Below, piece by piece: positions 30,050 through 41,258 of a stretch of DNA of 64,000 nt (the first letter of the stretch is position 1; each line of letters starts with the position of its first letter). Below the pieces are notes generated by a model. It did no database searches. It was not told where the DNA came from and worked only from the letters and a program-made list of their open reading frames with translations. Source of the DNA: a virus; IMG/VR virus record IMGVR_UViG_3300042398_000969, positions 105,423 to 169,422 of that record. One strand, given 5' to 3'. The position numbers and the translations under genes are program-made.

Positions 30050-33000
30050 TATTCAGCAGAAGGGAACGCACCTTTATCCCCAAAGTATTCTATAAATTTA
30101 TCCACACCTGTTTTACCGACCCTTAAGCCAAAATAAAACATAAATGGTGTTGATAGTATTTGTTTATTTCCAGTATAATAATCTTGCGTTTTTCTTATTA
30201 TAAAGTCATCAGTATAATCCCATGATTGTGAATGCCAAGTTCCGCCATTACCATATCTAGTATACAAAGTTCCTGTTGTTGGATTATCAACATTATTAGT
30301 TGAAGATTTTAATACTGTAAATCCAGGGTATTCTGAATCATAAATTGTATGTGTAGACCCTGATGGTATTATCGCGTCGAATTCAAGATCATTAGTTGTA
30401 TTACCAGTTGTATTAATACTAAGACCGCTAAATGTATATGTCATAGGTAATAACAAATACTTGTCTGATGGATCACTGGTTGTTCCAGTCAAATTGTACC
30501 CATAAGTCATACCCTGTAATGGTTGAACTTGTACTCCACTATAATCCCACGATTGATTATCTAAAGTGGTTGCATTGTATGGGCCAAAACCTGTTCCTTT
30601 TTTATCCCATAAAAAGAATGGTACTTTTTGTGACGATTCTGTTAATCTACCTGGTTCATTTAAACAAGCCCTAACTCTTTCACCATCTTCATTAAGAAAC
30701 ATTGTAACTGGTAGTGGGCCATAAACTGAAGTTCCGTTTTTAAACACATTTGGATAAACTTCAGGGTCTAAAATTTGATATGAATAACCCAAGTATCTTG
30801 GATTTTGTAGATCAAATTCTTCAATACCAGCCTCATTATTAATTGAAATTAATTGTAAAATATCTCCATCTAGAACTTCGTTTGTGTAGGCAAACCCTTC
30901 ATTATCAAAAAACTTTTCTAATTCAAAGTCATTATTACTAACATCCATTCTATAGTTTATTGCTAAACCTAAAATTTCACCAAAATTTTGATAAGATGTT
31001 GAGCCAATCGATCTAGTAACAGAACAATTAGGATCTAATGATGGATCAGTGCAAATTTCTTTTATAAATTCATCTCTTGGCCCTAAATCAACCATTGTAG
31101 TTGGTCTACCAATTCTTTTTGAGTTTGTTTTATTTTCACCCCAACTGCTTTCAGAAACATATGGCGCCGATCTATAATAGAATTTATCTTGTGATTGAAC
31201 ATATCTAACAACATCTTCGCAATATTTTCCTTTTTTACCTTTAAATTGGAAAAAATATAACGAACCAGATAACCAATTATCAATAAATGAATAATTTACT
31301 ATTCCACCACAAAAAAGTTTACCAACTCTTTTTCTTCTATAATATTCTCTCAATATTCCCCAAACTCTTGTTGTTTTTTGTGTACCTGGAACTATTGTGA
31401 ATACACCATTTTGAAACTCAGACATACCACTTCTGGTAAATTTATCATATTGTTCGCCTTCCCAAAATGGTATTAATGGTACCCCACTACTATTATAATA
31501 TTTAATATCATCAGATAGTGTTGAACCGTATGTCCTAAGCCCTTCACCATATAATGTACCGCTAATATTTGTTGCAACAACCGATGTTGAACCCGGCACA
31601 TAACTTGTTGGTGCTATAGTACCAGTCCACCCATAACTTGTATAACCAGTATTAGGATAATACCAGCTAACTAAAGCTTCATCATATGGTGTATCATATA
31701 TATCACAACCTTCTTCAACCGGATCAGTTATTGGTAAGTCGATAGATTCTTTATCCGTTGTACTTCTTATTGTTAATGTATATGAACCGGGTTCACTAAA
31801 AAGAACACCGTCATCTTGAAATTTAACAGATGTGTAACTTATGGTATTACCACTACCATTTAAAACGGGTGTTCCAGAAAATTGTGTACTTAAAGATGTG
31901 TTACCATATGTGTCACTACTTAATTGATAATCTGATTGGTTATTAATAAAATACAGTATACCATCACCGCCTGATATTAAAGCTGCACCTAACGCATCTA
32001 AATCTTCACCTGGACAATCGCCGGTTGTGTCTGGAGTAAATGTTAATGATGTTACTGATAATGTTCTACTATTTTCTAAGTAATCACCAGTAATAGTCAC
32101 ACTACCAACAGAACAAAAAGCACTAGAATTACCACTATCCTGTTGAAGGAAAGAACCTAAAGTGTTATTACCATTACATTCTTCACATTCCGGATAATTT
32201 ATTAAATATAATCTTCTTTGGCCATTTTCTTGTGCTCTGAATGCTGCTCTTTTTATACTTCTTGCTAATTGTCTAATAGGTCTAAAATCCGCAGCATCAC
32301 CAATTGTAAACAATAAACGCACTAAAGAATTTGTAAACGTTAATGTTAATAGATTTATTAAATGTTCAATAAATAATAATACTGTTGCTATTAATAAATT
32401 AAAAGTAAAATTTCTTTTTGCAAAATTAACGGGTGGTGTTACAATATCATTAGAACAATCTTCTTCTTCTGGTGGCGCAATTTCTTTAATGCCAACATAT
32501 TTATCATTTGTAAATGTCGATCCATTATAATGGATATTTTGAAAAGAAGAAATTGTATAAACTTTATTATATGATACTCTATAAAAATAATCTCTAGGAT
32601 AATATTGTCCATAAACATCATATAAAATACCTCTATTTGAATCCATAGAAACTGCTGCTGTTGGATAATCAGACCAATTTACCGAGAAAGTATATGATTC
32701 ATTTTTTTGAGTTGAATATTCTCTAATATTTGGCACAAGATAACTTGCGGTTTTTCTTGTCCTTTCATTACCGGCGTCATCTAAACTAAATCTAAATCTA
32801 TAACACGCTGCTGTTGCAACACCTTTATTTGGATCGTTTGTTATTTCATTTTCACCAAATTCATTTGTATACACATATTCCATATTCATTGGGACTGGTA
32901 ACACAAAAGAACCATCATCTGGTATGTCTTCATCTATTTCATATATTTCTAATATTGGTCTATTTTGACTATCTTTTTCTGAAGTAAATCTAATTGCCTC

Positions 33001-33873
33001 AATCCTACCAGTTTTTGTTGTTAGATCACATTTTCTACCCATTTTTCTTCTGGGTTGACAATTTTTGTTAAGGGAATTACTTCCTTTATCAGTATATGTT
33101 CCACCAATAATAAATGCCTTTGGTTCTATTTTAATTCCTTGATCTGATAAATCAAAATCTGTTCTAGATATACCTATTTGACATAAATCAACGTTACCCC
33201 AAAATGGACTCACTTCAATTGTTCTATCAAATGAAACTATTTGTGGTAATGCATCTAAATCTGTAGAAGATTTAAAGCTATATGTATTTTTAAATGAATC
33301 AACACCGAAACCTTGTCTAGAAAAATCATAAGGTCTTAAAGAAAAACAACCAACATCTGACAAATCAACATCTACGTGTATTGTTTGTTCACCTAAAGGA
33401 ACACCCCAGATCATGAAGTCCCCAGAACTGTTGGTTTTTACTGTATACTTGTAATATTTTTCAAAAACTTCAAGATATTCTTCTCTAGATATAATATCTA
33501 GTTGGTCAGGGAACGTGCCGGTTGGTTCATGTCCACCGTGTTGTTTTCTTGATGGTAAAAGATTATATCTAATACCTTGTTCATTTTTATCTTGTGCAAC
33601 TTTGTAGGGGTATAATGCGGAGATTACTGGATCATTTTCATCTTCCTCTCTTAATGGTACAAATATTGAAACTCTGGCATTTGGAACACCTAGTCCGTTA
33701 TTTACTGTGATTCTACCGCACACAACGCCATAATCAGCACATAAAGACGTGTACGCGTCTTGTTGAGTAAACTTTAAAGAAAGGATCTCTAATAGATCAT
33801 AATCCTGTTTAAGTTCAACAACAACCTTCTTGTCCGTTTGTAATTGGGTATTAATTCTGTGCTTCTGAATCAT
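30049..33873 (-). CDS. Large virion protein with an N-terminal carboxypeptidase-regulatory-like beta-sandwich
   Basis: VCGRI..GVPNARVSI..TNSSGDFMIWGVPLG pattern; internal hydrophobic segment (LLIATVLLFIEHLINLLTL). Confidence 0.6.
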   Translation of the reverse strand: MIQKHRINTQLQTDKKVVVELKQDYDLLEILSLKFTQQDAYTSLCADYGVVCGRITVNNGLGVPNARVSIFVPLREEDENDPVISALYPYKVAQDKNEQGIRYNLLPSRKQHGGHEPTGTFPDQLDIISREEYLEVFEKYYKYTVKTNSSGDFMIWGVPLGEQTIHVDVDLSDVGCFSLRPYDFSRQGFGVDSFKNTYSFKSSTDLDALPQIVSFDRTIEVSPFWGNVDLCQIGISRTDFDLSDQGIKIEPKAFIIGGTYTDKGSNSLNKNCQPRRKMGRKCDLTTKTGRIEAIRFTSEKDSQNRPILEIYEIDEDIPDDGSFVLPVPMNMEYVYTNEFGENEITNDPNKGVATAACYRFRFSLDDAGNERTRKTASYLVPNIREYSTQKNESYTFSVNWSDYPTAAVSMDSNRGILYDVYGQYYPRDYFYRVSYNKVYTISSFQNIHYNGSTFTNDKYVGIKEIAPPEEEDCSNDIVTPPVNFAKRNFTFNLLIATVLLFIEHLINLLTLTFTNSLVRLLFTIGDAADFRPIRQLARSIKRAAFRAQENGQRRLYLINYPECEECNGNNTLGSFLQQDSGNSSAFCSVGSVTITGDYLENSRTLSVTSLTFTPDTTGDCPGEDLDALGAALISGGDGILYFINNQSDYQLSSDTYGNTSLSTQFSGTPVLNGSGNTISYTSVKFQDDGVLFSEPGSYTLTIRSTTDKESIDLPITDPVEEGCDIYDTPYDEALVSWYYPNTGYTSYGWTGTIAPTSYVPGSTSVVATNISGTLYGEGLRTYGSTLSDDIKYYNSSGVPLIPFWEGEQYDKFTRSGMSEFQNGVFTIVPGTQKTTRVWGILREYYRRKRVGKLFCGGIVNYSFIDNWLSGSLYFFQFKGKKGKYCEDVVRYVQSQDKFYYRSAPYVSESSWGENKTNSKRIGRPTTMVDLGPRDEFIKEICTDPSLDPNCSVTRSIGSTSYQNFGEILGLAINYRMDVSNNDFELEKFFDNEGFAYTNEVLDGDILQLISINNEAGIEEFDLQNPRYLGYSYQILDPEVYPNVFKNGTSVYGPLPVTMFLNEDGERVRACLNEPGRLTESSQKVPFFLWDKKGTGFGPYNATTLDNQSWDYSGVQVQPLQGMTYGYNLTGTTSDPSDKYLLLPMTYTFSGLSINTTGNTTNDLEFDAIIPSGSTHTIYDSEYPGFTVLKSSTNNVDNPTTGTLYTRYGNGGTWHSQSWDYTDDFIIRKTQDYYTGNKQILSTPFMFYFGLRVGKTGVDKFIEYFGDKGAFPSAE

Positions 33874-33933
33874 ATTAACTATAAATAGAAACTCATACGT
33901 TTTCCATTAAGAAAAAGATAAGTAAAATATCTG

Positions 33934-35763
33934 TTAATATGTAGTCGTTCCTAAGGTTTTAACTCTAATTTGAATGTCTTTATTAGGGAATCTAATTTGA
34001 AATATTTGATTTGATTTCATAAACACCGTCATATCTGATTGTGTGATTAGTCCACTTGTTGCGTCTAGTGTTTGTGAAACCTTAGCTGATGAATACTCAC
34101 CGCCGGTTTTATTGTACACCCTAACATCAATAACGTTAACGACACCTGGAACATCATTTACTTCTTTCATTAATTCCCCAACAAACAATGGGTCGCCCAT
34201 TTTTCTTTTATCAATTGAGAAATAAGCTGTTGTTGCACTAATAATTTCACGAAGAACTTCTGTTTGGTTTTGATTTTTGTCTAAAAGTATGTCTATCTGT
34301 AATCCAAGATCAATTACCTCACCGCTAACTATATCAATATAGTCATTTACCATTCTGTATTCAGAAAGATAAGAAACTATATTTTGTTTTAATGTGTTAG
34401 ATACAACATCTGTTAAATTACCATTTTCATCATATGATAATAGTTTGATTCTCACTTTATTGTCTTCCTCCATTACATTAACTTTAGCTGGAGCACCATA
34501 CGTTGATGGCATGGTTTCAATCATAGACTTATAATCATTTAATGTTACCGCTCTATTTTGTGCAGCAAAATTATATGCTATCATACCTCTTAATTCTTCC
34601 AAAACTGGTTGATCTGATCCACCAACAGCCGGTGTAATATTTGTAACAACTAAAGATTGTAATGTCTGGTCATTAAAAGATTGGTTTGGTCCGTTTATAC
34701 TAAAATCAATATTTTCAATATTATTTATAACACCAACACCCAAATTACTTTCTTTACCTCCACCAATTCTATATTTGATGAACAATGTACTATCTTGTTT
34801 AGGTATTGCACCTAATGACATATTGTTTAGATATGTTGATAAATTAACTTTTAAATTATTTGTAATGTAATTATCTAAGTTGTCTAATGGATCTACGTTA
34901 CCAGAACCGAATGTAACAAAGAAGTATCCTTCTGGTGTATATTCGGTAATAAACTTATTATTCACTCTAATGTATTCACCGGCCTTAAAATTCTTTCTAT
35001 CAGAATTAGCTGTTTTACTAGGTACGAAAACTTTATCTTGAACTAACGATTGAACTTCATACCATTTATTAGCCTCTGTAATAAATTCACTATTTGTTGG
35101 GTTTCCGGCAAAAGAAGTACCATCTTTATGTATTATTGTTGTAACACCAAGTATATTTCTTTCTGGTAGGTATATTTTCATAAATGGTTTTTGGTCTCTT
35201 TGACTTATAACCTTTCTGAATATTTTTGTTACCCCATTCACTACTGGCTCTCTCTTTGTGATTGTATATGATATTATCTTGTTGTTTCCATCGCGATTAG
35301 GTATTTTCAATCTATTTGATTCTCCCTTTTCATTAAATGGATTAGAGAAATCAATATCAGATATTGTTTCAAATATTTGTCCACCACCAGATACTTGTGC
35401 TCCAGCTCTTAATATACCTTCATATCTATCATCATCTTTATCACCCTTTACTGGCACATTAATACTAAAATCACATAATGCAACCGAAGGTCTAGACCCA
35501 GGTATTCTAATACCATATGTTTTAGCAATATGAAATAAAGATTGCTTTTGTTGTGCAAAATCAAGCATAGTTTCTTGCCAAACTCTATCAATATGAAAAT
35601 GTAGATTATCTGCAATCGCAGCGTTTAAGTCTAACAATACTGAATATATTGAAGCGTCGTTAGTATTCTGAATTAATTCAGGATAATATTCTTTAGTAAA
35701 GTTTACTAGGTCCTGTCTTAAACCAGCAAAGTCTCTGTTGGTATATGCTATTTTTTTGCTCAT
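33934..35763 (-). CDS. Baseplate wedge subunit (T4 gp6/baseplate J-like)
   Basis: YTNRDF, AVGGSD, AQNRAVTLNDY motifs; adjacent to the gp25-like gene. Confidence 0.88.
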   Translation of the reverse strand: MSKKIAYTNRDFAGLRQDLVNFTKEYYPELIQNTNDASIYSVLLDLNAAIADNLHFHIDRVWQETMLDFAQQKQSLFHIAKTYGIRIPGSRPSVALCDFSINVPVKGDKDDDRYEGILRAGAQVSGGGQIFETISDIDFSNPFNEKGESNRLKIPNRDGNNKIISYTITKREPVVNGVTKIFRKVISQRDQKPFMKIYLPERNILGVTTIIHKDGTSFAGNPTNSEFITEANKWYEVQSLVQDKVFVPSKTANSDRKNFKAGEYIRVNNKFITEYTPEGYFFVTFGSGNVDPLDNLDNYITNNLKVNLSTYLNNMSLGAIPKQDSTLFIKYRIGGGKESNLGVGVINNIENIDFSINGPNQSFNDQTLQSLVVTNITPAVGGSDQPVLEELRGMIAYNFAAQNRAVTLNDYKSMIETMPSTYGAPAKVNVMEEDNKVRIKLLSYDENGNLTDVVSNTLKQNIVSYLSEYRMVNDYIDIVSGEVIDLGLQIDILLDKNQNQTEVLREIISATTAYFSIDKRKMGDPLFVGELMKEVNDVPGVVNVIDVRVYNKTGGEYSSAKVSQTLDATSGLITQSDMTVFMKSNQIFQIRFPNKDIQIRVKTLGTTTY

Positions 35764-35764
35764 A

Positions 35765-36217
35765 TTAGATATTAATAATTACGAAGTCTGAACTAGAAAA
35801 AGCTCCGTTATTTGTTGTGTAATCGATTCTTATTTTAGCTGTATATGGTTTTGAGGCTGAATCGCTAACTCTAAACAGTCTAATATCCTCATCTTCACTA
35901 ATACTAGACCCTTCTGATGGATCTAATTCTGGGTTTGTTATTTTTATTGAGTTTATCTCTAAATTAGGAATATATGTTCTAATACTTTCTCTAATCTCAT
36001 CTTCAATACTATTATATGTAACAACATCATTCATATCAAAAATGTACTCATACAATCTAGTACCAAAATCAGGTAAAAAATACCTGCTACCCTTTCTTGT
36101 CAATAACAAATGAATCAAGTTAGCACGAATCTCTTCGTCTCTTGTTAGGGTCATTCTGGTGTAGTCACCTATTGTACTGTCTCTAAACGGAAAGTCTAAT
36201 CCATACTTTGTAGCCAT
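35765..36217 (-). CDS. Baseplate wedge protein gp25/GPW-like
   Basis: NLIHLLLTRKGSRYFLPDFGT.L..YIF; likely start MATKYG at 36217. Confidence 0.9.
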   Translation of the reverse strand: MATKYGLDFPFRDSTIGDYTRMTLTRDEEIRANLIHLLLTRKGSRYFLPDFGTRLYEYIFDMNDVVTYNSIEDEIRESIRTYIPNLEINSIKITNPELDPSEGSSISEDEDIRLFRVSDSASKPYTAKIRIDYTTNNGAFSSSDFVIINI

Positions 36218-36254
36218 ACCAATAAATATAAACAATACTAAAATGGATATAAAT

Positions 36255-36291
36255 AAAAAATCGCGACACCTTCATAAAAAAGAGTCGCGAA
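36255..36291 (-). terminator. Probable intrinsic terminator downstream of nrdA
   Basis: TCGCGAC...GTCGCGA stem followed by T6 on the minus strand. Confidence 0.65.
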
Positions 36292-36300
36292 ATTTAAATA

Positions 36301-36390
36301 GTGACTTGACATTTACACCCTTCATTAAATCAAGTCCTGGATGCTCAAGGTACGCCTTGACGACAGTTAGACTTTGAGGGTGCCACCCAT
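36301..36390 (-). ncRNA. Candidate structured RNA with possible pseudoknot, 3' of nrdA
   Basis: Stems UGGGUG/CAUCCA, UCAAGG/CCUUGA, GACUUGA/UCAAGUC; loop AGGGUG complementary to upstream CACCCU. Confidence 0.55.
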
Positions 36391-36394
36391 TATC

Positions 36395-38839
36395 TTAAGA
36401 TCCACACCCCTCACATTCAAATGGGGAATCCGTTGGTCTTTCTGTTGTCATAACAACCTCCGGAGTTTCTTCACTTATAATAGATTTTTGTGTTGTCTGA
36501 TATGTAACCGATTGTAACGGTGATTCAACTGGTTTGTTGGTTGAAGTATCGACACCTAATCCTTTTATTGGATCTACTGCAGAACGAGTTCTTAGGTAGT
36601 ACATACCGGTTTTTAAACCAAGTTTCCAACCAAATAAGTGTGCTGCTAATAATTTTGGTTTTGTTGCATTATCAATGAATAAATTCAAAGATTGTGACTG
36701 ATCGATAAACACACTCCTATTTGCAGCCATTTGTAAAATTCTCTTCTGAGACATTTCCCAAACAGTCTTATACACTTCTTTGATTTCAACCGGTATTTCT
36801 GGGATATTTTGAATTGAACCATTTTCCATGATTAACTTCTTTTTAAGATCATCATTCCATAAGTTCAATTTTAATAACTCATTAACCAGGTGTTTGTTAA
36901 CAACAACGAATTCACCACCTAATGTTCTTCTTGAATACATGTTAGTTGTAAATGGTTCAAACGCTTCGTTGTTACCAAGGATTTGTGCTGTTGATGCTGT
37001 TGGCATAGGAGCAATTAACAAAGAATTTCTAACACCATTGTTAACAACCTCTTTTCTTAATTTTTTCCAATTCCATCTACCAGATAAATCTTTATCTTTT
37101 AATCCCCACATTTCAAATTGGAATATACCCTTTTCAATAGGTGAACCAACAATAGATTCATAAGGACCATATTCTTTTGCTAAATCATTTGATGATGTCA
37201 TAGCAGCAAAATAAATCGTTTCGAAAATATCCGTTTGTAATTTATCAGCTTCTTCTGATTCAAATGGTAGTCCTAACATACAGAATACATCAGCTAAACC
37301 TTGAACACCTAAACCAATTGGTCTGTGTTTAAAATTAGAATTTTTAGTTTCTTCTGTTGGATAGAAATTTAAATTAATTACATTATTCAAGTTCTTTACA
37401 ACTTGATATGTGTACTCATATAACATATTGTGACTGAATTCACCATCAACAATATATTTCGGTAACGCGATAGATGCTAAATTACAAACAGCTTGTTCAG
37501 TTGGTGAACTATATTCAATAATCTCAGTACATAAATTTGAAGATTTAATAGTGCCTAAATTCTTTTGATTTGATTTGTAGTTAGCTGGATCTTTATATAA
37601 CATATAAGGTGTTCCAGTTTCTATTTGTGCAGTTAAAATTGCGTCCATTAACTTTCTAGCCTTAATTGTTTTTCTAGCTAAACCTTGTTGTTCGTAAGAT
37701 TCATATAATCTAGTGAATGCTTTATCTTCTGGACTATCATATGCATCAGATAAACCTGGGGCTTCGTCTGGAGAGAATAACGACCAATCACCATCTTGCT
37801 CAACACGTTGCATAAACAAATCTGGTGTCCACATAGCTAAGAATAAATCTCTTGCACGCATTTCTTCTTTACCATGATTTTTTCTTAAATCAATAAATTC
37901 AAAAACATCTGCATGCCATGGTTCTAGATAGATAGCAAAAGATCCTTTTCTTTTACCACCTTGATTAATCCAACGAGCAACTTCATTATAAGTCTTCATC
38001 ATCGGTAGAAGTCCATCGGACATACCACCGGTTCCTTTAATATACGCACCTTTAGCTCTTACATCATGAACGTGAAGACCAATACCGCCAGCCCATTTAG
38101 AAATCTTTGCAACGTCTTTAATTGTATCAAACAATCCATCAATATCATCACCCTTGTTTCCAATTAAGAAACAAGATGACATTTGTGCTCTACGTGTACC
38201 AGCATTAAATAATGTTGGTGTTGCGTGAGTATAAAAATGTTGTGATAAATCATCATAAATTCTAAGTGCCATTTGTACATCACCACCACAAATACCAACG
38301 GCAACTCTCATATACATATACTGTGGTCTTTCAACAACTCTTTCACTAATCTTTAATAGGTATGATCTTTCTAATGTTTTAAATCCAAAATACTCAAAAT
38401 CAAAATCTCTATTAAAAACAATTGCACCATCAATCACCTCCTTATTTTCCATAACAAACTTGTAAACACTATCATCAATTAGCGATGATTCCTTACCAGT
38501 TTTTGGTTCAACAAATGAATGTAGTTCTTTAATTGCTTGAGAGAATTTCTTTGGTGTTGTTTTATGTAAATTAGTAACCGCCAATCTCCCCGCTAACTTT
38601 GCATAATCTGGATGTGTTGTTGTCATAGAAGCTGCTGTCTCTGCTGCTAATGTATCCAACTCTGTTGTAGTGATCCCATTATAAATTCCTTGAGTTACTT
38701 TTAATGTAATAAAAGTTGGATCAACATAATCCATGTTTAAATCTTCACAAAGAGCACTAATTCTTTTAGTGATCTTGTCATATCTCATTTCTTCTAACGT
38801 ACCGTCTCTCTTTAATACTTTCATTTTTCTCTTATTCAA
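36395..38839 (-). CDS. nrdA: Ribonucleotide reductase class Ia alpha subunit with ATP cone
   Basis: VLKRDG ATP cone, ATPTLFNAG, SSCFL, SNLCTEI, PTAST, KTGMYYLR, C-terminal CEGC. Confidence 0.97.
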   Translation of the reverse strand: MNKRKMKVLKRDGTLEEMRYDKITKRISALCEDLNMDYVDPTFITLKVTQGIYNGITTTELDTLAAETAASMTTTHPDYAKLAGRLAVTNLHKTTPKKFSQAIKELHSFVEPKTGKESSLIDDSVYKFVMENKEVIDGAIVFNRDFDFEYFGFKTLERSYLLKISERVVERPQYMYMRVAVGICGGDVQMALRIYDDLSQHFYTHATPTLFNAGTRRAQMSSCFLIGNKGDDIDGLFDTIKDVAKISKWAGGIGLHVHDVRAKGAYIKGTGGMSDGLLPMMKTYNEVARWINQGGKRKGSFAIYLEPWHADVFEFIDLRKNHGKEEMRARDLFLAMWTPDLFMQRVEQDGDWSLFSPDEAPGLSDAYDSPEDKAFTRLYESYEQQGLARKTIKARKLMDAILTAQIETGTPYMLYKDPANYKSNQKNLGTIKSSNLCTEIIEYSSPTEQAVCNLASIALPKYIVDGEFSHNMLYEYTYQVVKNLNNVINLNFYPTEETKNSNFKHRPIGLGVQGLADVFCMLGLPFESEEADKLQTDIFETIYFAAMTSSNDLAKEYGPYESIVGSPIEKGIFQFEMWGLKDKDLSGRWNWKKLRKEVVNNGVRNSLLIAPMPTASTAQILGNNEAFEPFTTNMYSRRTLGGEFVVVNKHLVNELLKLNLWNDDLKKKLIMENGSIQNIPEIPVEIKEVYKTVWEMSQKRILQMAANRSVFIDQSQSLNLFIDNATKPKLLAAHLFGWKLGLKTGMYYLRTRSAVDPIKGLGVDTSTNKPVESPLQSVTYQTTQKSIISEETPEVVMTTERPTDSPFECEGCGS

Positions 38840-38847
38840 TTGTTTTT

Positions 38848-39825
38848 TTAGAAATCAACATCACCGAATGCAGAATTTAAATCTTCTGACTCTGTTGTTT
38901 TATTTACACCCGCTTTTTGATATTCAGCAACTCTTTTCTCAAAGAAATTTGTTTTACCTTGTAATGCAATATTTTGCATAAAATCAAATGGGTTTTCTGC
39001 ATTATAAACTTTAGAGCAACCTAATGCAACTAATAATCTATCTGTTACAAATTCCAAATATTGTGCCATTAAATCTGAATTCATACCAATCAAACGAACT
39101 GGTAATGCTTCAAGAATAAATTCCTTTTCGATTTCTAGTGCACCACAGATAATTTCTTTAACTCTTTTTTCAGAAATTTTATTTTCAATATGGTTATTGA
39201 ATAAGTGACAAGCATAATCGCAGTGCATACCTTCATCACGAGAAATTAATTCATTCGAGAAAGTTAAACCTGGCATTAATCCTCTTTTCTTTAACCAGAA
39301 AATAGAACAGAATGAACCAGAAAAGAAAATACCTTCAACAGCAGCAAATGCAACTAATCTATCAACAAAAGATTCAGAATTAATCCATTTAATTGCCCAA
39401 TCAGCTTTCTTCTTGATTGCTGGGATGGTTTCAATAGCATTAAATAATTTATGTTGTTCTTCTTTATCTTTAATGTATGTGTCAATTAATAACGAATATG
39501 TTTCGCTATGGATGTTTTCCATCATAATCTGGAAACCATAGAAAAATTTAGCTTCAGTATATTGAACCTCATTAACAAAGTTCATTGCTAAGTTTTCATT
39601 GACAATACCATCCGACGCAGCAAAAAATGCTAGAACGTGTTTAACAAAATGTTGTTCATCTGCATTTAACTTATTATCCCAATCATAAACATCTTGTCCA
39701 AGATCAATCTCTTCAGCAGTCCAAAAACACGCTTCTTGTTGTTTAAATAATCTCCATAAATCATGATGCTGAATTGGAAAAAGCACAAAGCGACCTGGAT
39801 TGTCAATTAAAATTTTTTCTGTCAT
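38848..39825 (-). CDS. nrdB: Ribonucleotide reductase class Ia beta subunit
   Basis: [38 protein letters not shown]. Confidence 0.97.
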   Translation of the reverse strand: MTEKILIDNPGRFVLFPIQHHDLWRLFKQQEACFWTAEEIDLGQDVYDWDNKLNADEQHFVKHVLAFFAASDGIVNENLAMNFVNEVQYTEAKFFYGFQIMMENIHSETYSLLIDTYIKDKEEQHKLFNAIETIPAIKKKADWAIKWINSESFVDRLVAFAAVEGIFFSGSFCSIFWLKKRGLMPGLTFSNELISRDEGMHCDYACHLFNNHIENKISEKRVKEIICGALEIEKEFILEALPVRLIGMNSDLMAQYLEFVTDRLLVALGCSKVYNAENPFDFMQNIALQGKTNFFEKRVAEYQKAGVNKTTESEDLNSAFGDVDF

Positions 39826-39837
39826 TTTTTTTATTTT

Positions 39838-41229
39838 TTATTTTGTTGTTGTATTTTTTTCTAAGAATTCTTGATAAACAGTATTTTTTCTGTTTCTTTT
39901 TTGTTCTTCTTTTTCTTCTTTGTAACCAAGAAGTGTGTTTTGATATTCTGTATCAATAGTTAAGAACTCGTTATTGAATTTACAATTGTTAAAGATAACA
40001 CCATCTTTACCAATTCTAGATTTTAATAGTGTTAATGTTGCTAGGTTTTGTTCTTTTTGCTCAATCGTTTTACCGATAGATAGAACTACGTGACCAATTT
40101 GTGCTTTCTTAATTGATCCACCCATTTGATCTGTTGTTACAACTTCACTCTTAATAGATTCTCTATTACCTTGTGTTGCTGTCCATATAGCCACATCAAA
40201 TTCAGATGTCATAGATTCTAATTGTCTCATAATTGCACCATCACCTTTCCATTCTTCGTTATAATTCGTTTTCTCTGGTGTGATACAATCAACATAATCC
40301 AAAGTTACTAAATCTATTCTAAATCCATCTGCCTGAAGCTTTCTTAATTTAGATTTTATTTCGGAAATGGTAACAGAGTCACTAGGTAACTTTAATAATC
40401 TAAGTTCACCTTGTGATTGTTTTCTTCTTTCTGCAACAATTTCTTCAATTTTATCAGCCTCTAATGGTTGATCTTTAGGTGAAATACCTGTCCAAATGGT
40501 AAAGTGCTTTCTTTTGATATTATTAATGTTATCTTCAAAAAAGATCTGTACAACATTATACCCAGAATTGTATGCCTCGTTAGAGAACTTGGTTAATAAT
40601 GTAGTTTTACCAGTTCCTGTTGGCGCCAAAACAACGCCAAGTTCACCTCTACCTAAACCACCGTCTAATAGCCCATCAATTCCAACAATACCGGTAGGTA
40701 TTGGTCTTCTGTTGTCAGCCTGTAACGCCATCATGATATTGTCGAATACATCTTCAACCTCATGACCCATTACACCAACCTGAAGAGCGTCTTGTATAAT
40801 TTTTTCAATAGTATTATACTGTTCAAAATCACCCTTCTTAGTAATCTCTTCGATTTTCTTAATTGCCTTTTTTACTACCTGTTGTTTACAAAACTTAATT
40901 GCCCTGTCCTTAGTTCCCGGAACGCTTCCAGGCTCTATTACGTGGTTTTTAACATTTGATAACATATCAAGGTTAGATTTTCTGTTTGTATCAGAAATAC
41001 TTTCAGCCTTTATCTGCTCTTCAATAGCGTTGTATTGTGGTACGGTTTTCCCGTATGTCTCAAAATATTCTTTAATATTTTGAACGATAAATTTCATACC
41101 GCTATTATCAAAATAATCAGGTTCAATAACCTCAATTATTGTTTCAGAAAATTTCCTGTCTTCTATGATCAATTTAAGGAGAGATAACTGATAGTTGCTC
41201 CCTAAATGACCAAAATTTATGTCATTCAT
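39838..41229 (-). CDS. Replicative DnaB/gp41-like helicase
   Basis: APTGTGKTT Walker A, LDYVD, WTATQGNR, KSRIG. Confidence 0.92.
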   Translation of the reverse strand: MNDINFGHLGSNYQLSLLKLIIEDRKFSETIIEVIEPDYFDNSGMKFIVQNIKEYFETYGKTVPQYNAIEEQIKAESISDTNRKSNLDMLSNVKNHVIEPGSVPGTKDRAIKFCKQQVVKKAIKKIEEITKKGDFEQYNTIEKIIQDALQVGVMGHEVEDVFDNIMMALQADNRRPIPTGIVGIDGLLDGGLGRGELGVVLAPTGTGKTTLLTKFSNEAYNSGYNVVQIFFEDNINNIKRKHFTIWTGISPKDQPLEADKIEEIVAERRKQSQGELRLLKLPSDSVTISEIKSKLRKLQADGFRIDLVTLDYVDCITPEKTNYNEEWKGDGAIMRQLESMTSEFDVAIWTATQGNRESIKSEVVTTDQMGGSIKKAQIGHVVLSIGKTIEQKEQNLATLTLLKSRIGKDGVIFNNCKFNNEFLTIDTEYQNTLLGYKEEKEEQKRNRKNTVYQEFLEKNTTTK

Positions 41230-41258
41230 ATGTCTATTGTTTCAAATAATAAAAAAAA

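Noticed and set aside
36301-36390. Assignment as glmS, HDV/theta or hammerhead ribozyme
   Set aside because: AGCAUCCAGGACU resembles the glmS 5' end but GACGAGG is absent; no HDV P3/L3 and no CUGANGA/GAAA core
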